The notes under the pieces were generated by a model. The model saw only the letters and a program-made list of their open reading frames with translations. It did no database searches and was not told where the DNA came from. The position numbers were made by a program, and so were the translations under genes. Below are positions 19,009-29,529 of a stretch of DNA of 64,000 bases, piece by piece. The stretch lies in contig JAHFRW010000010.1 in NCBI GenBank assembly GCA_023266055.1, positions 4,139-68,138 of the forward strand. The letters are read 5' to 3'. This stretch comes from Gammaproteobacteria bacterium. GTDB lineage: Bacteria; Pseudomonadota; Gammaproteobacteria; Ga0077554; Ga007554. Numbering within the stretch: position 1 is the first letter of the stretch; each line of letters starts with the position of its first letter.

Positions 19009-21671
19009 GGCAGATTACTGCACGTCTCACCGCCAAAACCGTTCATCCAGCTAATACCGCGATTGCCATTACCTGGCAGCCCTGCCGAGCCACAGTTTTG
19101 TGGCGTCCATTCTCCACTGCGCCTGAAGTTTACAACCTTGAGGGTAGAGCCATTGTAATAAGGGCCATTGTAATAACGTGCAGTCGTGTTATTGCGCACC
19201 TGGGTTCCCGCAGGCAAGCCACCTTCCAGGCCCACGTCGTTGAGATTGACCAGGAAGTTCTTGTTTTTCCAACCATGCGGAACAGCAATGTGGCAGTAGG
19301 TACAACGGAAATTCTGTACCACCTGCGCATGACCGGTATGCAGGTTGGTCTGCTGGACATTCAAGCAACCCGTGCCCGACCCATCCGTGGGATTACGCGC
19401 GAAACCACTCTTTAATGTTTGGCTCGCGGTTATAAACCCCGGCCCAAACTTCTTCCCATAATAATCGTAGTTATGGCATTTGAAACACAGATGATCCTGC
19501 TTGTTCTCGCCGGACTGATCATCCCACGGGCCTTTCAGCAGGAAGTCACTGTTGGAACCGTGCGGCCCCCATACATTGCCTTGCTCGCCGCCGTCCGGCA
19601 CCACGGTACCCGGTGCCGTGGTCGAACCATGACAATCCGTGCAATACATGGTCTGAATACCCACACCGGTATTGAACGGCTCACGCCAGATGTTTGGACT
19701 ATCCACCTTGCGTATATCAATGGTACGTCCGGTGTCCTTCAATGCAGGATGCCAGGAACGATGGTTGTCATTCTGGAAATCCACGGAATACGCCTGACCC
19801 GGCGGGTTGCCGACATACGCACCACTGCGGGTAGGTGACGTACCTTCGCCCTTGTGTTCATCCGGCGACTGATATTCCATGCCTATGTTGGTATATTGAA
19901 TCATCGCGTTAGTGCCTGATGGCGTTCCTCCCGAAAATGTCCCCAGCATCGGTGGCTGGTCAAACCCATAATTGGAATGGCACTTCATGCATATTTGATA
20001 CTCGCGGGTCACATACGGCGCGCTGACATCGGTACTACCGCCCACACCCGGATCACCGCGCTTTACAGTGAACACCTGCGGCTCACTGCCGAATTCGGTG
20101 CTTGGCCAGCCACTCGGCTCCACGCCGGTAATACCACGCAACACACCGGACGCCAGATTGGTGTGATGCCGTTCCGGGGTTGCCGCAATCTGCGCCGGAC
20201 TGTGATTATGCGTCCCTTCGGAATCAGGAATCGAGGTATCCGCATTGAAACGACGATTTTTGGTCACGCGATGCGGGTTATGGCAATCGGTACACTCAGC
20301 GTGGCGATTCTGCAAACCACCGCCTTCACCGTGTTTATTTACGCGGCTGGCCTTGCCCATATTGGCAGGCGACTCCAGAAAATCCTTACCGGCCTGTGAC
20401 TCGCCCGCTGAGCCAATATCGTGCCGCTCACGCCCGGCTGGCTGATCCCGGCTGGCAATCGGCATGTGGCGTGCCATGGTAGTAAAGTCTGTCTTGATAT
20501 CCGGTACTTCAAAACCGGGTTTGACCCCTTGGCCTTGCAGCGTACCCCCGTCGGTTGAGTGACAGGCATAACAGGTTTCCTCAACGGCGGGATTGCCCCC
20601 CTGTTTAAAGCGGGCGCCGTCCGCCCCGATGATGGTGGGGCCATCGGTACCTTCACGCAAAATACGGCGCGAACCTTGCACCGTATGTGGATCATGGCAA
20701 TTCAGGCACGCCGCCTGCCACACCGGCAAGTCCTTGGGGAATTCACGCAATTTGGCCGCAGCGTCCGTATAACGCTCATTGCCCACCGCAGGATGCGCAT
20801 GCGCCGAACCGACCCAACCCGCCTTGTCATGACACCCTAGGCAGATCAGGTCATCTTTTTCATTGAACACCTTATCGGTAGGTGGTTGCTGCTGAAAACG
20901 ATTAACGCGAAGGAATTTAATGCTCTCGCCCGAGGTATCGCGCAGGTGCGGGTCGTGGCAAGTGACGCATTCCACCTTATTATCTTCGAGTGGCAGGGTC
21001 GGCTTTACACCCGGCGTACGGGTACCCAGATGCGACACCGTCATCGGGTCATACAATTCCCCATCACGCATGGCCTGCGCACTGTCATAGGTAAAGGAAA
21101 TCGGGTGATCATTGGTTAAATCCGTGCCGAGCAAACGCGTAAATCCGGTATGTCGGCCACGCCCCTCAGGAATAGTGTCGTTTGCCCCAATGCCGGGGCC
21201 GGTAAAATCAACCTTGGGATTTTCTACGCGGTTAAGCACATTCACTGAACCCAGTGCCAGCGTACCGTCATGGCATGACAGACACAATCTGGATTTACCG
21301 CCCGGCTGACCCAGGTCAGTCGCGTCAAGCGACCCTGAGGTATAGGGAATGTACGTTGCCCCGGACAGCTTGCGATTCCACAACGGGGTTTTAGGCGCCA
21401 GGTTGGCGCCATGCGGGGTATGACAAAACGCACACACCTGCGATTCACTGACCGCCTTGGCATCGCGCGTAATACCGTCCGGTAAAATCGGCACAATGAC
21501 AGCGGAGAAATTATGCTTGGTATTACGAATATCCGAAATGCGCTCGGCCTGCACACCCACAGGGACACTTATCGCCAGCACAGCCGCCACGAGTAACAGC
21601 AGGGCCACCATCCAACGTGGCCTTGATAAGCGATGGAACAACCCTCGCACACTCATGCGCCTTCCCCTCAA
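19005..21671 (-). CDS. Undecaheme c-type cytochrome (UetJ-like)
   Basis: Signal peptide; 11 CxxCH: CAFCH, CLSCH, CVTCH, CLGCH, CLNCH, CYACH, CTDCH, CMKCH, CTDCH, CFKCH, CTYCH. Confidence 0.93.
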   Translation of the reverse strand: MRGRRMSVRGLFHRLSRPRWMVALLLLVAAVLAISVPVGVQAERISDIRNTKHNFSAVIVPILPDGITRDAKAVSESQVCAFCHTPHGANLAPKTPLWNRKLSGATYIPYTSGSLDATDLGQPGGKSRLCLSCHDGTLALGSVNVLNRVENPKVDFTGPGIGANDTIPEGRGRHTGFTRLLGTDLTNDHPISFTYDSAQAMRDGELYDPMTVSHLGTRTPGVKPTLPLEDNKVECVTCHDPHLRDTSGESIKFLRVNRFQQQPPTDKVFNEKDDLICLGCHDKAGWVGSAHAHPAVGNERYTDAAAKLREFPKDLPVWQAACLNCHDPHTVQGSRRILREGTDGPTIIGADGARFKQGGNPAVEETCYACHSTDGGTLQGQGVKPGFEVPDIKTDFTTMARHMPIASRDQPAGRERHDIGSAGESQAGKDFLESPANMGKASRVNKHGEGGGLQNRHAECTDCHNPHRVTKNRRFNADTSIPDSEGTHNHSPAQIAATPERHHTNLASGVLRGITGVEPSGWPSTEFGSEPQVFTVKRGDPGVGGSTDVSAPYVTREYQICMKCHSNYGFDQPPMLGTFSGGTPSGTNAMIQYTNIGMEYQSPDEHKGEGTSPTRSGAYVGNPPGQAYSVDFQNDNHRSWHPALKDTGRTIDIRKVDSPNIWREPFNTGVGIQTMYCTDCHGSTTAPGTVVPDGGEQGNVWGPHGSNSDFLLKGPWDDQSGENKQDHLCFKCHNYDYYGKKFGPGFITASQTLKSGFARNPTDGSGTGCLNVQQTNLHTGHAQVVQNFRCTYCHIAVPHGWKNKNFLVNLNDVGLEGGLPAGTQVRNNTTARYYNGPYYNGSTLKVVNFRRSGEWTPQNCGSAGLPGNGNRGISWMNGFGGETCSNLP

Positions 21672-22846
21672 TGCTTGCCCAGATATTGAAACACTACGAC
21701 ACGTCCGTTGAACATATCTGCCACATAAATGCGGTCACGCTGATCTCCCCACACACCTGCCGGCAATACAAACTGGCCTGTGCCGCTCCCCCCACCACCT
21801 ATTGGCAATAAAAATTCACCCTGTGAATCAAATACCAGCAAATGATCATAGTAGGATTCTACGACATAAATATTACCCGCCGCGTCGGCCGTGACACCTT
21901 TCGGCCGTACCAGATCACCCACGAACAAACCGCGTCGACCAAATACCTGCAATACCTTTGCGGCTAAGCCCATGGGCGAGGTCACCGCCAACGTCTGCGC
22001 CGCGCCTGAATCAGGCGCGGCGGCCGGGTCCATCATGGCCACGGCATCCACCGCCAGCACCTGAATACGCGCATTCAAGGTATCCGCAACGTACAGTTTA
22101 CCATCTGCAAATGAAAGATGGGTGGGTGAATTAAATTCACCCGGCACCTCACTCCGCTGCCCACTGCCCAACGTCGCCAGCACATTGCCGGCATCATCAA
22201 ACACCCTGATCTGGTGCAAATGTGAATCCGCCACATAGACACGACCGTGCAGGGCGTCCCGTGCCAGCCCGGTGGGCCGCTTGAGCAGGCCTTTGCCAAA
22301 GCTCCCTACCGGCACCCCGGCGCTATCAAGACGAAACACCTGACCCAGCGAAGCATCGGTAACCAGCACCTCTCCGTTCGCTCCCATCGCAATGCCGATG
22401 GGCATCTCAAAGCGGAGATTTTGCTCGGCCATCTCCCACACCTGGAGACTGCCTGCCTTTTCATCAAATACATATACTGCCTGGCGACTGACATCGGTCA
22501 CGTAAATTCTGCCGTTATTGTCCACCATACCGGCCTGTGGCCGCTGCAATATTACCGCCTGATTTTTTTCCGAAAGCAATCCCACCAGCCATTTCAGGGC
22601 TTTTAAACCTGAGGCAACAATCCCACTTTCGTTGCGCTGGATGTTCTCTTCGCCCGTCAACTCACCTACATAACGATAACGCGGTATTTCGGGGGCCGGT
22701 GGCCACACCGTCTGCTGAGCACCCGGCACCTCATAGCGTAGGGTAGAATGGGTCTGCGCACAACCAGACAACAATCCCGGCAGCAGCATGACGCCCATCA
22801 GCCCCCACACCCATCTCAAACCCGTACCGTGGTGTAGCCGAATCAC
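21668..22846 (-). CDS. NHL-repeat beta-propeller lipoprotein (UetI-like)
   Basis: Lipobox LSGC; repeated P.G....IYV.D..N.R motifs. Confidence 0.88.
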   Translation of the reverse strand: MIRLHHGTGLRWVWGLMGVMLLPGLLSGCAQTHSTLRYEVPGAQQTVWPPAPEIPRYRYVGELTGEENIQRNESGIVASGLKALKWLVGLLSEKNQAVILQRPQAGMVDNNGRIYVTDVSRQAVYVFDEKAGSLQVWEMAEQNLRFEMPIGIAMGANGEVLVTDASLGQVFRLDSAGVPVGSFGKGLLKRPTGLARDALHGRVYVADSHLHQIRVFDDAGNVLATLGSGQRSEVPGEFNSPTHLSFADGKLYVADTLNARIQVLAVDAVAMMDPAAAPDSGAAQTLAVTSPMGLAAKVLQVFGRRGLFVGDLVRPKGVTADAAGNIYVVESYYDHLLVFDSQGEFLLPIGGGGSGTGQFVLPAGVWGDQRDRIYVADMFNGRVVVFQYLGKH

Positions 22847-22858
22847 GTCAAATCCTTT

Positions 22859-23938
22859 TTAATTCCTGCCACCAGCAGCACCTGACATCACACGCAACAC
22901 CTGCACGCGACCATTCAGACTATCTGCCACGTACAACTGGCCTTCATCAAACCACAAATCGGTAATATAACGAAAATCACCCAATCCTGAGCCTGTCATG
23001 CCCACTCGTCCCAGCAAGCGGCCTTCGCCATAAATCTTGATCGTGTTGTCACTGAAGTCACTGACGTATACCCGACCCTCATTATCCACCGCAATCGCCG
23101 TGGGAAACGTGACGTCTCCTTGTGGCATGGAGTAACGGTACTTGCCGTCTTCTGCCAGCACCTGAATGCGCTGACCAAAGCGCGCTGTCACATAATAACC
23201 ATCCACGCCCGCTGCCATCGCGGTAATATTCAAAAACTGACCGGCATCACTGCCCCGGCCGCCGCCGGACGCAACCAGATTACCAAAACTGTCAAACGCC
23301 AGAATATGATCATACACCCCATCGGCCACCAGCACACGACCACTGGCCTCATCCACGCTCACCGCCACGGGCCGGGCAAGATTCAGAGTATTACTATACG
23401 TTCTGATTAAACGACCGTGCCGATCAAACTGCAGGACACGACTGCCCATGGGATCAGCGATATAAAACGACAAATCACGCGCCACATAAAGATCCGTGGC
23501 TTCGCCTGCCAGCACACCGCGCAAGCTCATCACCACCTCAAGACTGCCCATGATGCGGTTATACTTAAACAGAATATCCTGCCCCGCATCAATTACAAAC
23601 ACATCATTGCCCCGCACGGACACCGCCACCGGGCGAATAAATTGCATGTACCTGACACCCGTGAGCGCGTTACCCTGTGGGCCACCACGAATAATTTCCA
23701 GCGGTACCAGAATTTGTGAAGCGTCATCCTGCCGCGTAAACACTGAAGGATTGACGAGCACCCCATCCGAAGATGCCGTGGCCGGACTGGAAGATGCGGC
23801 GGGCGCATTGATTTGCGACGCAGGGGCCGGTTGCTTTTTGCCCAGCAGGGAGCACCCTCCCAACAAGAGAGTGTCGGCCAGAACAACGGCCAGAACGATT
23901 AACGGAAACCGGCGGTTTGCCGAGGAACGGAGTGACAT
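22859..23938 (-). CDS. NHL-repeat beta-propeller lipoprotein (UetH-like)
   Basis: Lipobox LGGC; RPVAVSV, FPTAIAVD..GRVYVSD, LYVADSLNGRVQ; start uncertain. Confidence 0.85.
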   Translation of the reverse strand: MSLRSSANRRFPLIVLAVVLADTLLLGGCSLLGKKQPAPASQINAPAASSSPATASSDGVLVNPSVFTRQDDASQILVPLEIIRGGPQGNALTGVRYMQFIRPVAVSVRGNDVFVIDAGQDILFKYNRIMGSLEVVMSLRGVLAGEATDLYVARDLSFYIADPMGSRVLQFDRHGRLIRTYSNTLNLARPVAVSVDEASGRVLVADGVYDHILAFDSFGNLVASGGGRGSDAGQFLNITAMAAGVDGYYVTARFGQRIQVLAEDGKYRYSMPQGDVTFPTAIAVDNEGRVYVSDFSDNTIKIYGEGRLLGRVGMTGSGLGDFRYITDLWFDEGQLYVADSLNGRVQVLRVMSGAAGGRN

Positions 23939-24573
23939 CGACCACAATTCTTGGTTGGCGCAAAAGCGACTTTGCCGTGGCACACGCCACAATAATTACC
24001 CTGGATAATCGCAGCCATGTTCACTGGATTAGCCCCCTTCTGCGGCAAAAAGATCAGCGGATGACAATTGGCGCACGTCAACCATTCCGTGTGCTGGCGG
24101 TGCGGAAAGCGCACATTGGGCATCGAACCAGTGTTTGTAAAGATCACATCAAAATCCACCGGAAACATCTGATCTTCACCGTTCAAACCCTTACGCGGAT
24201 CAATCAACCCCTGATCCAGCGCCTGCACCCAATCCGTCTGCCCCTTGGCGTCACGCGGAAAACTGCCCAAGGCCTCGACCGGCTCCTGAAAGACACTGAT
24301 CGCAGAATTGGTAGGATCACGAATGCCGTCTTCGGCGAGCGGTACCACATCACCTTGCGTCTGAAAATGCCTACCCTTCGACCAGATCAATTCGTCGGCC
24401 ATCGCAGTACTGGTCATGGCCGCACCTGTCACCCAGCACAACATTGCCATGATGACACCCAACCACCGGGCGCCATACCCCCCACCCATCCCCATACCTG
24501 TACGAAGAGGCATAAAGTGACGATCCAACCGGAGACACGTGTTATCGCTCATAGATACTCCAGACCCGCGCAC
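23899..24573 (-). CDS. c7-type triheme cytochrome (UetG-like)
   Basis: FPHRQH + CANCH, CGVCH, CGRCH; DWVQAL motif; start uncertain. Confidence 0.9.
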   Translation of the reverse strand: MRGSGVSMSDNTCLRLDRHFMPLRTGMGMGGGYGARWLGVIMAMLCWVTGAAMTSTAMADELIWSKGRHFQTQGDVVPLAEDGIRDPTNSAISVFQEPVEALGSFPRDAKGQTDWVQALDQGLIDPRKGLNGEDQMFPVDFDVIFTNTGSMPNVRFPHRQHTEWLTCANCHPLIFLPQKGANPVNMAAIIQGNYCGVCHGKVAFAPTKNCGRCHSVPRQTAGFR

Positions 24574-24666
24574 TATCCCACCTCAGAGAATTTCTGAACC
24601 TTGAAAAGGACTGTATTCTGGCCCATAACTCCCCACATCATTTAGAGATTTACACCTCTACAAAAA

Positions 24667-26019
24667 TTAATTCACGCCCGCAATCATCAGTGCGCGCTGT
24701 AAATACGACGTGGCTTCCTGCAGGGTATTGATGGCGCCCACATAATCACCCTTTCCCGCCAGCTGCGCCGCTTCCACATTCAGCCCTTGACTCTTTTTCT
24801 CTAATTCAGCCATTTTATCAACCGTGATGGCCGGTGGCTTTTTCTGATCCAGCGCCAACGGAATCAATTCTTCATAGCTTTTATAGCGAGCCACTTCATA
24901 CTCGTACTCAGCAGCCGGTGTCGCAAAGTTTTTATCGTACACAACGGTTTCATTATCCAGTAACGCACCCAGTGCACCCGTCACCATACGTTGCGCATTA
25001 GCCAGAATTTTATTCGCCTCATCATAACGCCCGGCATCACCATGTCCCTTGGCCTGGCTCATCAAATCCTGGAATTTTTTTTCATCCAGCGCGGCAGCCG
25101 GTTTCTTTTTTCCTGCCAGACGCTCGCTATGCTGCTTGTAAGATGACTCAAATGTCTTGGTCGCATCCAGCAACTCAGCATAGCGGAACTTGGGGTCAAG
25201 CCCTGTGTCCTGAGTGTCGCTCGGCACCAGGCGCACTGCGGCAGTCACCAGACGTATCGACTCATCCACTTCGTCCTGCGCCTTGGCAAGGTTATTCGTC
25301 CCCAGTGTCACGCGCGCCGCATCCAGATGCGTACGTGCACTGGCCAGCATTTCCTTGGCCCGCACATGGCTGCTGGCACTGACACGCTGCGCACCTTTCG
25401 ATGTATTCATCAGCATGTTGGCATACTCAATTTTTTGCTTGACCTGCATCTCCGTCACTACGGCATGGTCCGTCTCTGGATGCCCCTCTGCAGCGGCACG
25501 CGATGTCACGGGGGCGACCGCAGCACCCTCCAGCGTAGACGCTTTACCCTTGTCAACAATCCTGAGCATACCCCCCATGCTTCTGTGATTACGACACTGG
25601 TAATACACGACATCCGGCGTCGTCGCCGAGGGCGTGAATGTCACCATGCCACGAAAGGTAAACTGCCCCTCCACTCCATCAGTCACCGTACTACCACCCT
25701 GCCCCACCGCGCTGGTCGAAAAATAAAAATCGTGTTGTGGCCCGGTATCGATGTTAAAGGTATATTCCACACCCCGCGTCAACACCAGCGTCTTCCCTTG
25801 CACACCGTCCAGCGCCAGACCAATTTTATGACCCTGCCCGAAAAAGGGATGGGTTTGATCTTTGGTGACAGCGGTGATGGAAAACACCCGCTGCTCTGTA
25901 CTTTTACTATCTGTGGGAGCACCCGCGGCTACAGATGCAGCACTGTAAACCCCCGCAAAACCCAACGAAATTATCTGGAATAAAAACCAAATCTGTCGAC
26001 CCATAAGCTTCATGATCAT
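24667..26019 (-). CDS. Exported protein with cupredoxin-like N-terminal domain and helical C-terminal domain (UetF-like)
   Basis: Signal peptide; QHDFYF ... YYQCRNHRSMGG copper-site-like motif. Confidence 0.7.
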   Translation of the reverse strand: MIMKLMGRQIWFLFQIISLGFAGVYSAASVAAGAPTDSKSTEQRVFSITAVTKDQTHPFFGQGHKIGLALDGVQGKTLVLTRGVEYTFNIDTGPQHDFYFSTSAVGQGGSTVTDGVEGQFTFRGMVTFTPSATTPDVVYYQCRNHRSMGGMLRIVDKGKASTLEGAAVAPVTSRAAAEGHPETDHAVVTEMQVKQKIEYANMLMNTSKGAQRVSASSHVRAKEMLASARTHLDAARVTLGTNNLAKAQDEVDESIRLVTAAVRLVPSDTQDTGLDPKFRYAELLDATKTFESSYKQHSERLAGKKKPAAALDEKKFQDLMSQAKGHGDAGRYDEANKILANAQRMVTGALGALLDNETVVYDKNFATPAAEYEYEVARYKSYEELIPLALDQKKPPAITVDKMAELEKKSQGLNVEAAQLAGKGDYVGAINTLQEATSYLQRALMIAGVN

Positions 26020-26249
26020 TCCCTAAAAATATCAATTAACGCAGCCGCGCAAGGACGTGCCACAATAAAGTCAGCCCGCTGTATTCTCTCCACCTTGCCG
26101 GGACGTATTTCCTGGTGGCGCGTCCCGATTATTTATTTCCTGTGCAGACAACCGTGTCCATCATTATTTGCCAGGATTATTATGTTTGATACCCAAAGGA
26201 CGTCCCACACGGAGACGCCCTTTGCAGCACTTGCCTCATGCCTAATGAC

Positions 26250-26993
26250 TTATTTCCATGGATTCTTGAGTGTTGCCTCGCTCAATGGCGGCTTCCAGTC
26301 ATCCGGTTTCGGCTTGGAATGACACTTGCGACACGACTTGGTTGTAATCGGGAACGATACCTTGCCATGACATACGCCACATTTCTGTCCCAGCAGGATG
26401 GCAGACATGTTGATCTGGTTCGCGCCTTTTTGCGGAATAAAGATCGCGGGGTGGCAGTTTGAACAAAACAGCCATTCGGTATGCTGGCGATGCGGGAACA
26501 CCACATCCGGCACTGACGCTTTTACTGGACGGACAATATCCAGATCCATGACAAACGGCTCGGCATCGGGATCTTCCCTTTCCCAGCGCGGGCGGATCTT
26601 TTTATCATCGAGGGTTTTCACCCAATCCACACGATTACCGTATTCGGTAGGTGGCAGCCCTTCAAAAGCCGGCTTGGGCGCCGCAAGAATATGCGTGGCC
26701 TCGTTTTGTGGATCACGCAGACCATCTTCAGCCGGGGGCAAATGGATGCCCTTGGGCTTCTTCAGATTACGATTGAAGCTGTTAATATCGTCCACCTGCG
26801 CAATATGAATAACCTGCACATCGGACTGGGCCATTTCATCAACCGGCTTGTATTCTGGCGCGTAAGACAAATCCTTGACCGGGACCGAACCATCGGGACG
26901 CGGTGCAACCTGGGGTTGGGCGCTGCACGCCGACCCCACCAGAAACAGCGAGAACGCGCCGACCATAAAGAGTGTTTTTTTATGCAAATTCAT
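26250..26993 (-). CDS. c7-type triheme cytochrome (UetE-like)
   Basis: FPHRQH + CSNCH, CGVCH, CRKCH; paralogue of 23899-24573. Confidence 0.9.
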   Translation of the reverse strand: MNLHKKTLFMVGAFSLFLVGSACSAQPQVAPRPDGSVPVKDLSYAPEYKPVDEMAQSDVQVIHIAQVDDINSFNRNLKKPKGIHLPPAEDGLRDPQNEATHILAAPKPAFEGLPPTEYGNRVDWVKTLDDKKIRPRWEREDPDAEPFVMDLDIVRPVKASVPDVVFPHRQHTEWLFCSNCHPAIFIPQKGANQINMSAILLGQKCGVCHGKVSFPITTKSCRKCHSKPKPDDWKPPLSEATLKNPWK

Positions 26994-27025
26994 GTACTTT
27001 CCCCTCCTTCACTAGATTTTAGTCA

Positions 27026-27493
27026 TTACTTTTTAGGGGCGGCGGCAGGCGCAGGGGCAGCAGAACCTGTGAGTGGCTGATACGGCGGAGCCACCAAAGT
27101 CTGTACTGTGCTGCCATGAAAATGGGTAGGGGTTCCGGGCACGCCCGAATGGCACATACCGCAGTTTTCCACCGACCAGGCAATTTCACCGTTATGGCAG
27201 GCACCACAGAATTTGCCGTCAATGATTTTGGCCATGGTAATTTTGTTACCGCCGGCCTTGAACTGGAAGCCCAAATCAGCATGACACACCTTGCAACGAA
27301 AACGTATGCGGTGGAACCAATGCGAAAACACCGCCGGACGCATACCCGCCGCATCGGCGTAGTTATTGATGACCACGTCTCCGTATTCAGCTTGCGCTGG
27401 CGCGGGTGCTACCAACATGGCCGCCCAGGCAACCACCCCCAGAGCAAGCGCCCTCCACGTAATACGACCTTTCATTATCGGTAACATCAGCAC
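27026..27493 (-). CDS. c7-type triheme cytochrome (UetD-like)
   Basis: FSHWFH + CKVCH, CGACH, CGMCH; signal peptide AQA. Confidence 0.92.
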   Translation of the reverse strand: MLMLPIMKGRITWRALALGVVAWAAMLVAPAPAQAEYGDVVINNYADAAGMRPAVFSHWFHRIRFRCKVCHADLGFQFKAGGNKITMAKIIDGKFCGACHNGEIAWSVENCGMCHSGVPGTPTHFHGSTVQTLVAPPYQPLTGSAAPAPAAAPKK

Positions 27494-27657
27494 TCTCCCC
27501 TCGTTTTAAAAATAATCCTGACTCCATGCACCACCACGATCGAACCTCAATCACGATGATTCACATTTTAACCTGTACACACAACAACCACACCGTCCAA
27601 ACCAACGATCATCACCCCGGTCAACGGTGCGCCCCTGACCGCTCTTTGCACTACGCA

Positions 27658-29529
27658 TCAGAAACGCCGCGCGATACGCGCCATTACCAGACTTGAATTT
27701 TGCCCATCAATCTGTATTAAACGCAAGCTTAAACTAGTATCTAACAACCCAATCATATAATCCAGCCGGTTATCCCACTCGGCACGATCGATCCCCGCTT
27801 CCGCCGCGGCCCGGGATACAAACAAGTTTGACAGAAAACGCAGATTCGTCACACCAAATATATTAGAATGCTGATAATCCACCCGCCCTGTCGCCGTCGC
27901 GACATCGGTGCCCACACCCAACTGCGGAAATTCCTGACGCACGTACTGTACTGTCAGATTACCCGACAAAAAACTGGAACGATTCAACGGCTGGACACGC
28001 AAAACCTGAAAATTCACCAGTTGCTGCTGATCCGTGGTATCGGTCAGCGCACGTGAGTCCGAAAGCGTCATCTGTACTGTAGAATTCCCCCCGCCCCCCG
28101 CCGCCTGATTCCAGGCCACAGTCCCAGTATGATCCAGACGCGCATTAGAAGCACCAATGCCGGCATATTGACGTGTCGCCAGCGACCCTTGATGATCCTG
28201 GTAAAGCGTAACTGCTTCATCGTTAATGCGGTAAGCACCATTGATCGACTGTCCCAGACTGACGTTCAACGAAGAAATTTCGCTTAAAAACCAGGTTTTT
28301 TGCCCGTTATGAGACAGCGAGGACGTCACTGTCTGGCGAGCCGTCTCTTCGCCTGACTGATTATCCAGACTACCGGTGGCAAACCAGCGGTATATAAACC
28401 CTGATTTTTCATACAAATCAGATTGATACAACAGTCCTGCCTGCTGGCGGGCCAATTGGGTTTCGGAACCGTTGCTTTGCGTATTGGTAAATGCCGCGCT
28501 GGCATCAAAACGCCATTTCCTGCTTAACTGATAAAAAAATCCACCCGAGGCACTGACCGACAGCGAATCACTGGACGCCACCGGCGCATTACCCTGCAGG
28601 TCATAGACACGTACCCCGCCACTCATCGACCAGGGCCGGGCGTCCGGGCGCCAGAAAAAGAAGCTGGAAGCCTGCATAATATCCGTGGTGCTACTGCCAT
28701 AGGTGGAACTGGCGCTGGTCACACGGAACGAACGATCAAAAGTATAATAACTGGCTTTGTTGTCGATGCGAAACGAAGGCGAAGGCAAATAAAAATGGCT
28801 CAGGTCAAAAATAACACTCTCATTACGCAACTTGCTCAAAGAGTGATCTGTTGTGCCCTGACTGAGCTTCACCAATACATTTTGCTTGCCACGCCGCACA
28901 TCCGCTTCGGCACCCAGCAACACGTCATCATAACTACCATCACTCGCCGAACTCCAGCTCGATGAATCGTAACGCACCATAAAACGATCATTTTGATCAT
29001 TGAGGTAAGACTGCCGCAATTCCAAGCGTGTGGTATCAAACTCAATGTCCGTAAACATCACTGGCGCACTCGAAATGCGGGTTGCATCAATACGGCTATT
29101 GCTTGCCAGATACCGCAACCCGAATGGCGCCTTGCTCTGTGGCAACACATTAAGATTGAATTCGCCCGTCACGATCGTTGCTTCATTATTCACAAGACCA
29201 CCATCCGCCATGCTGGCGCTGGAACCCCCGCTAAACTCCGTAGTGTCCCTGGCAAATGTAATCCCGCCCTCAACCGTAGCAAGCCATGGCTGCCATAAGT
29301 AAGAACTGGCATGCGTATTGGCCAGCCATTGATAACTGGTACTATCTGCATTGCTGGTACCGCTCAACCAGCGGTAGCTGTACCCCACGCTGCCCGACAC
29401 CTCAACCGGCCCCAACGAAACGGCGAACACATGCACGGGCCACGCCAATGCCAGCAGCACCAGCATCGCCATGACCATATCAGATCGACTCCCCGATCGA
29501 CTTACCGTGCTGTCAATATTAAAATTCAT
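27658..29529 (-). CDS. Large outer-membrane beta-barrel protein (UetC-like conduit)
   Basis: Signal peptide, S/T/aromatic alternating strands, C-terminal Phe (ARRF). Confidence 0.8.
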   Translation of the reverse strand: MNFNIDSTVSRSGSRSDMVMAMLVLLALAWPVHVFAVSLGPVEVSGSVGYSYRWLSGTSNADSTSYQWLANTHASSYLWQPWLATVEGGITFARDTTEFSGGSSASMADGGLVNNEATIVTGEFNLNVLPQSKAPFGLRYLASNSRIDATRISSAPVMFTDIEFDTTRLELRQSYLNDQNDRFMVRYDSSSWSSASDGSYDDVLLGAEADVRRGKQNVLVKLSQGTTDHSLSKLRNESVIFDLSHFYLPSPSFRIDNKASYYTFDRSFRVTSASSTYGSSTTDIMQASSFFFWRPDARPWSMSGGVRVYDLQGNAPVASSDSLSVSASGGFFYQLSRKWRFDASAAFTNTQSNGSETQLARQQAGLLYQSDLYEKSGFIYRWFATGSLDNQSGEETARQTVTSSLSHNGQKTWFLSEISSLNVSLGQSINGAYRINDEAVTLYQDHQGSLATRQYAGIGASNARLDHTGTVAWNQAAGGGGNSTVQMTLSDSRALTDTTDQQQLVNFQVLRVQPLNRSSFLSGNLTVQYVRQEFPQLGVGTDVATATGRVDYQHSNIFGVTNLRFLSNLFVSRAAAEAGIDRAEWDNRLDYMIGLLDTSLSLRLIQIDGQNSSLVMARIARRF

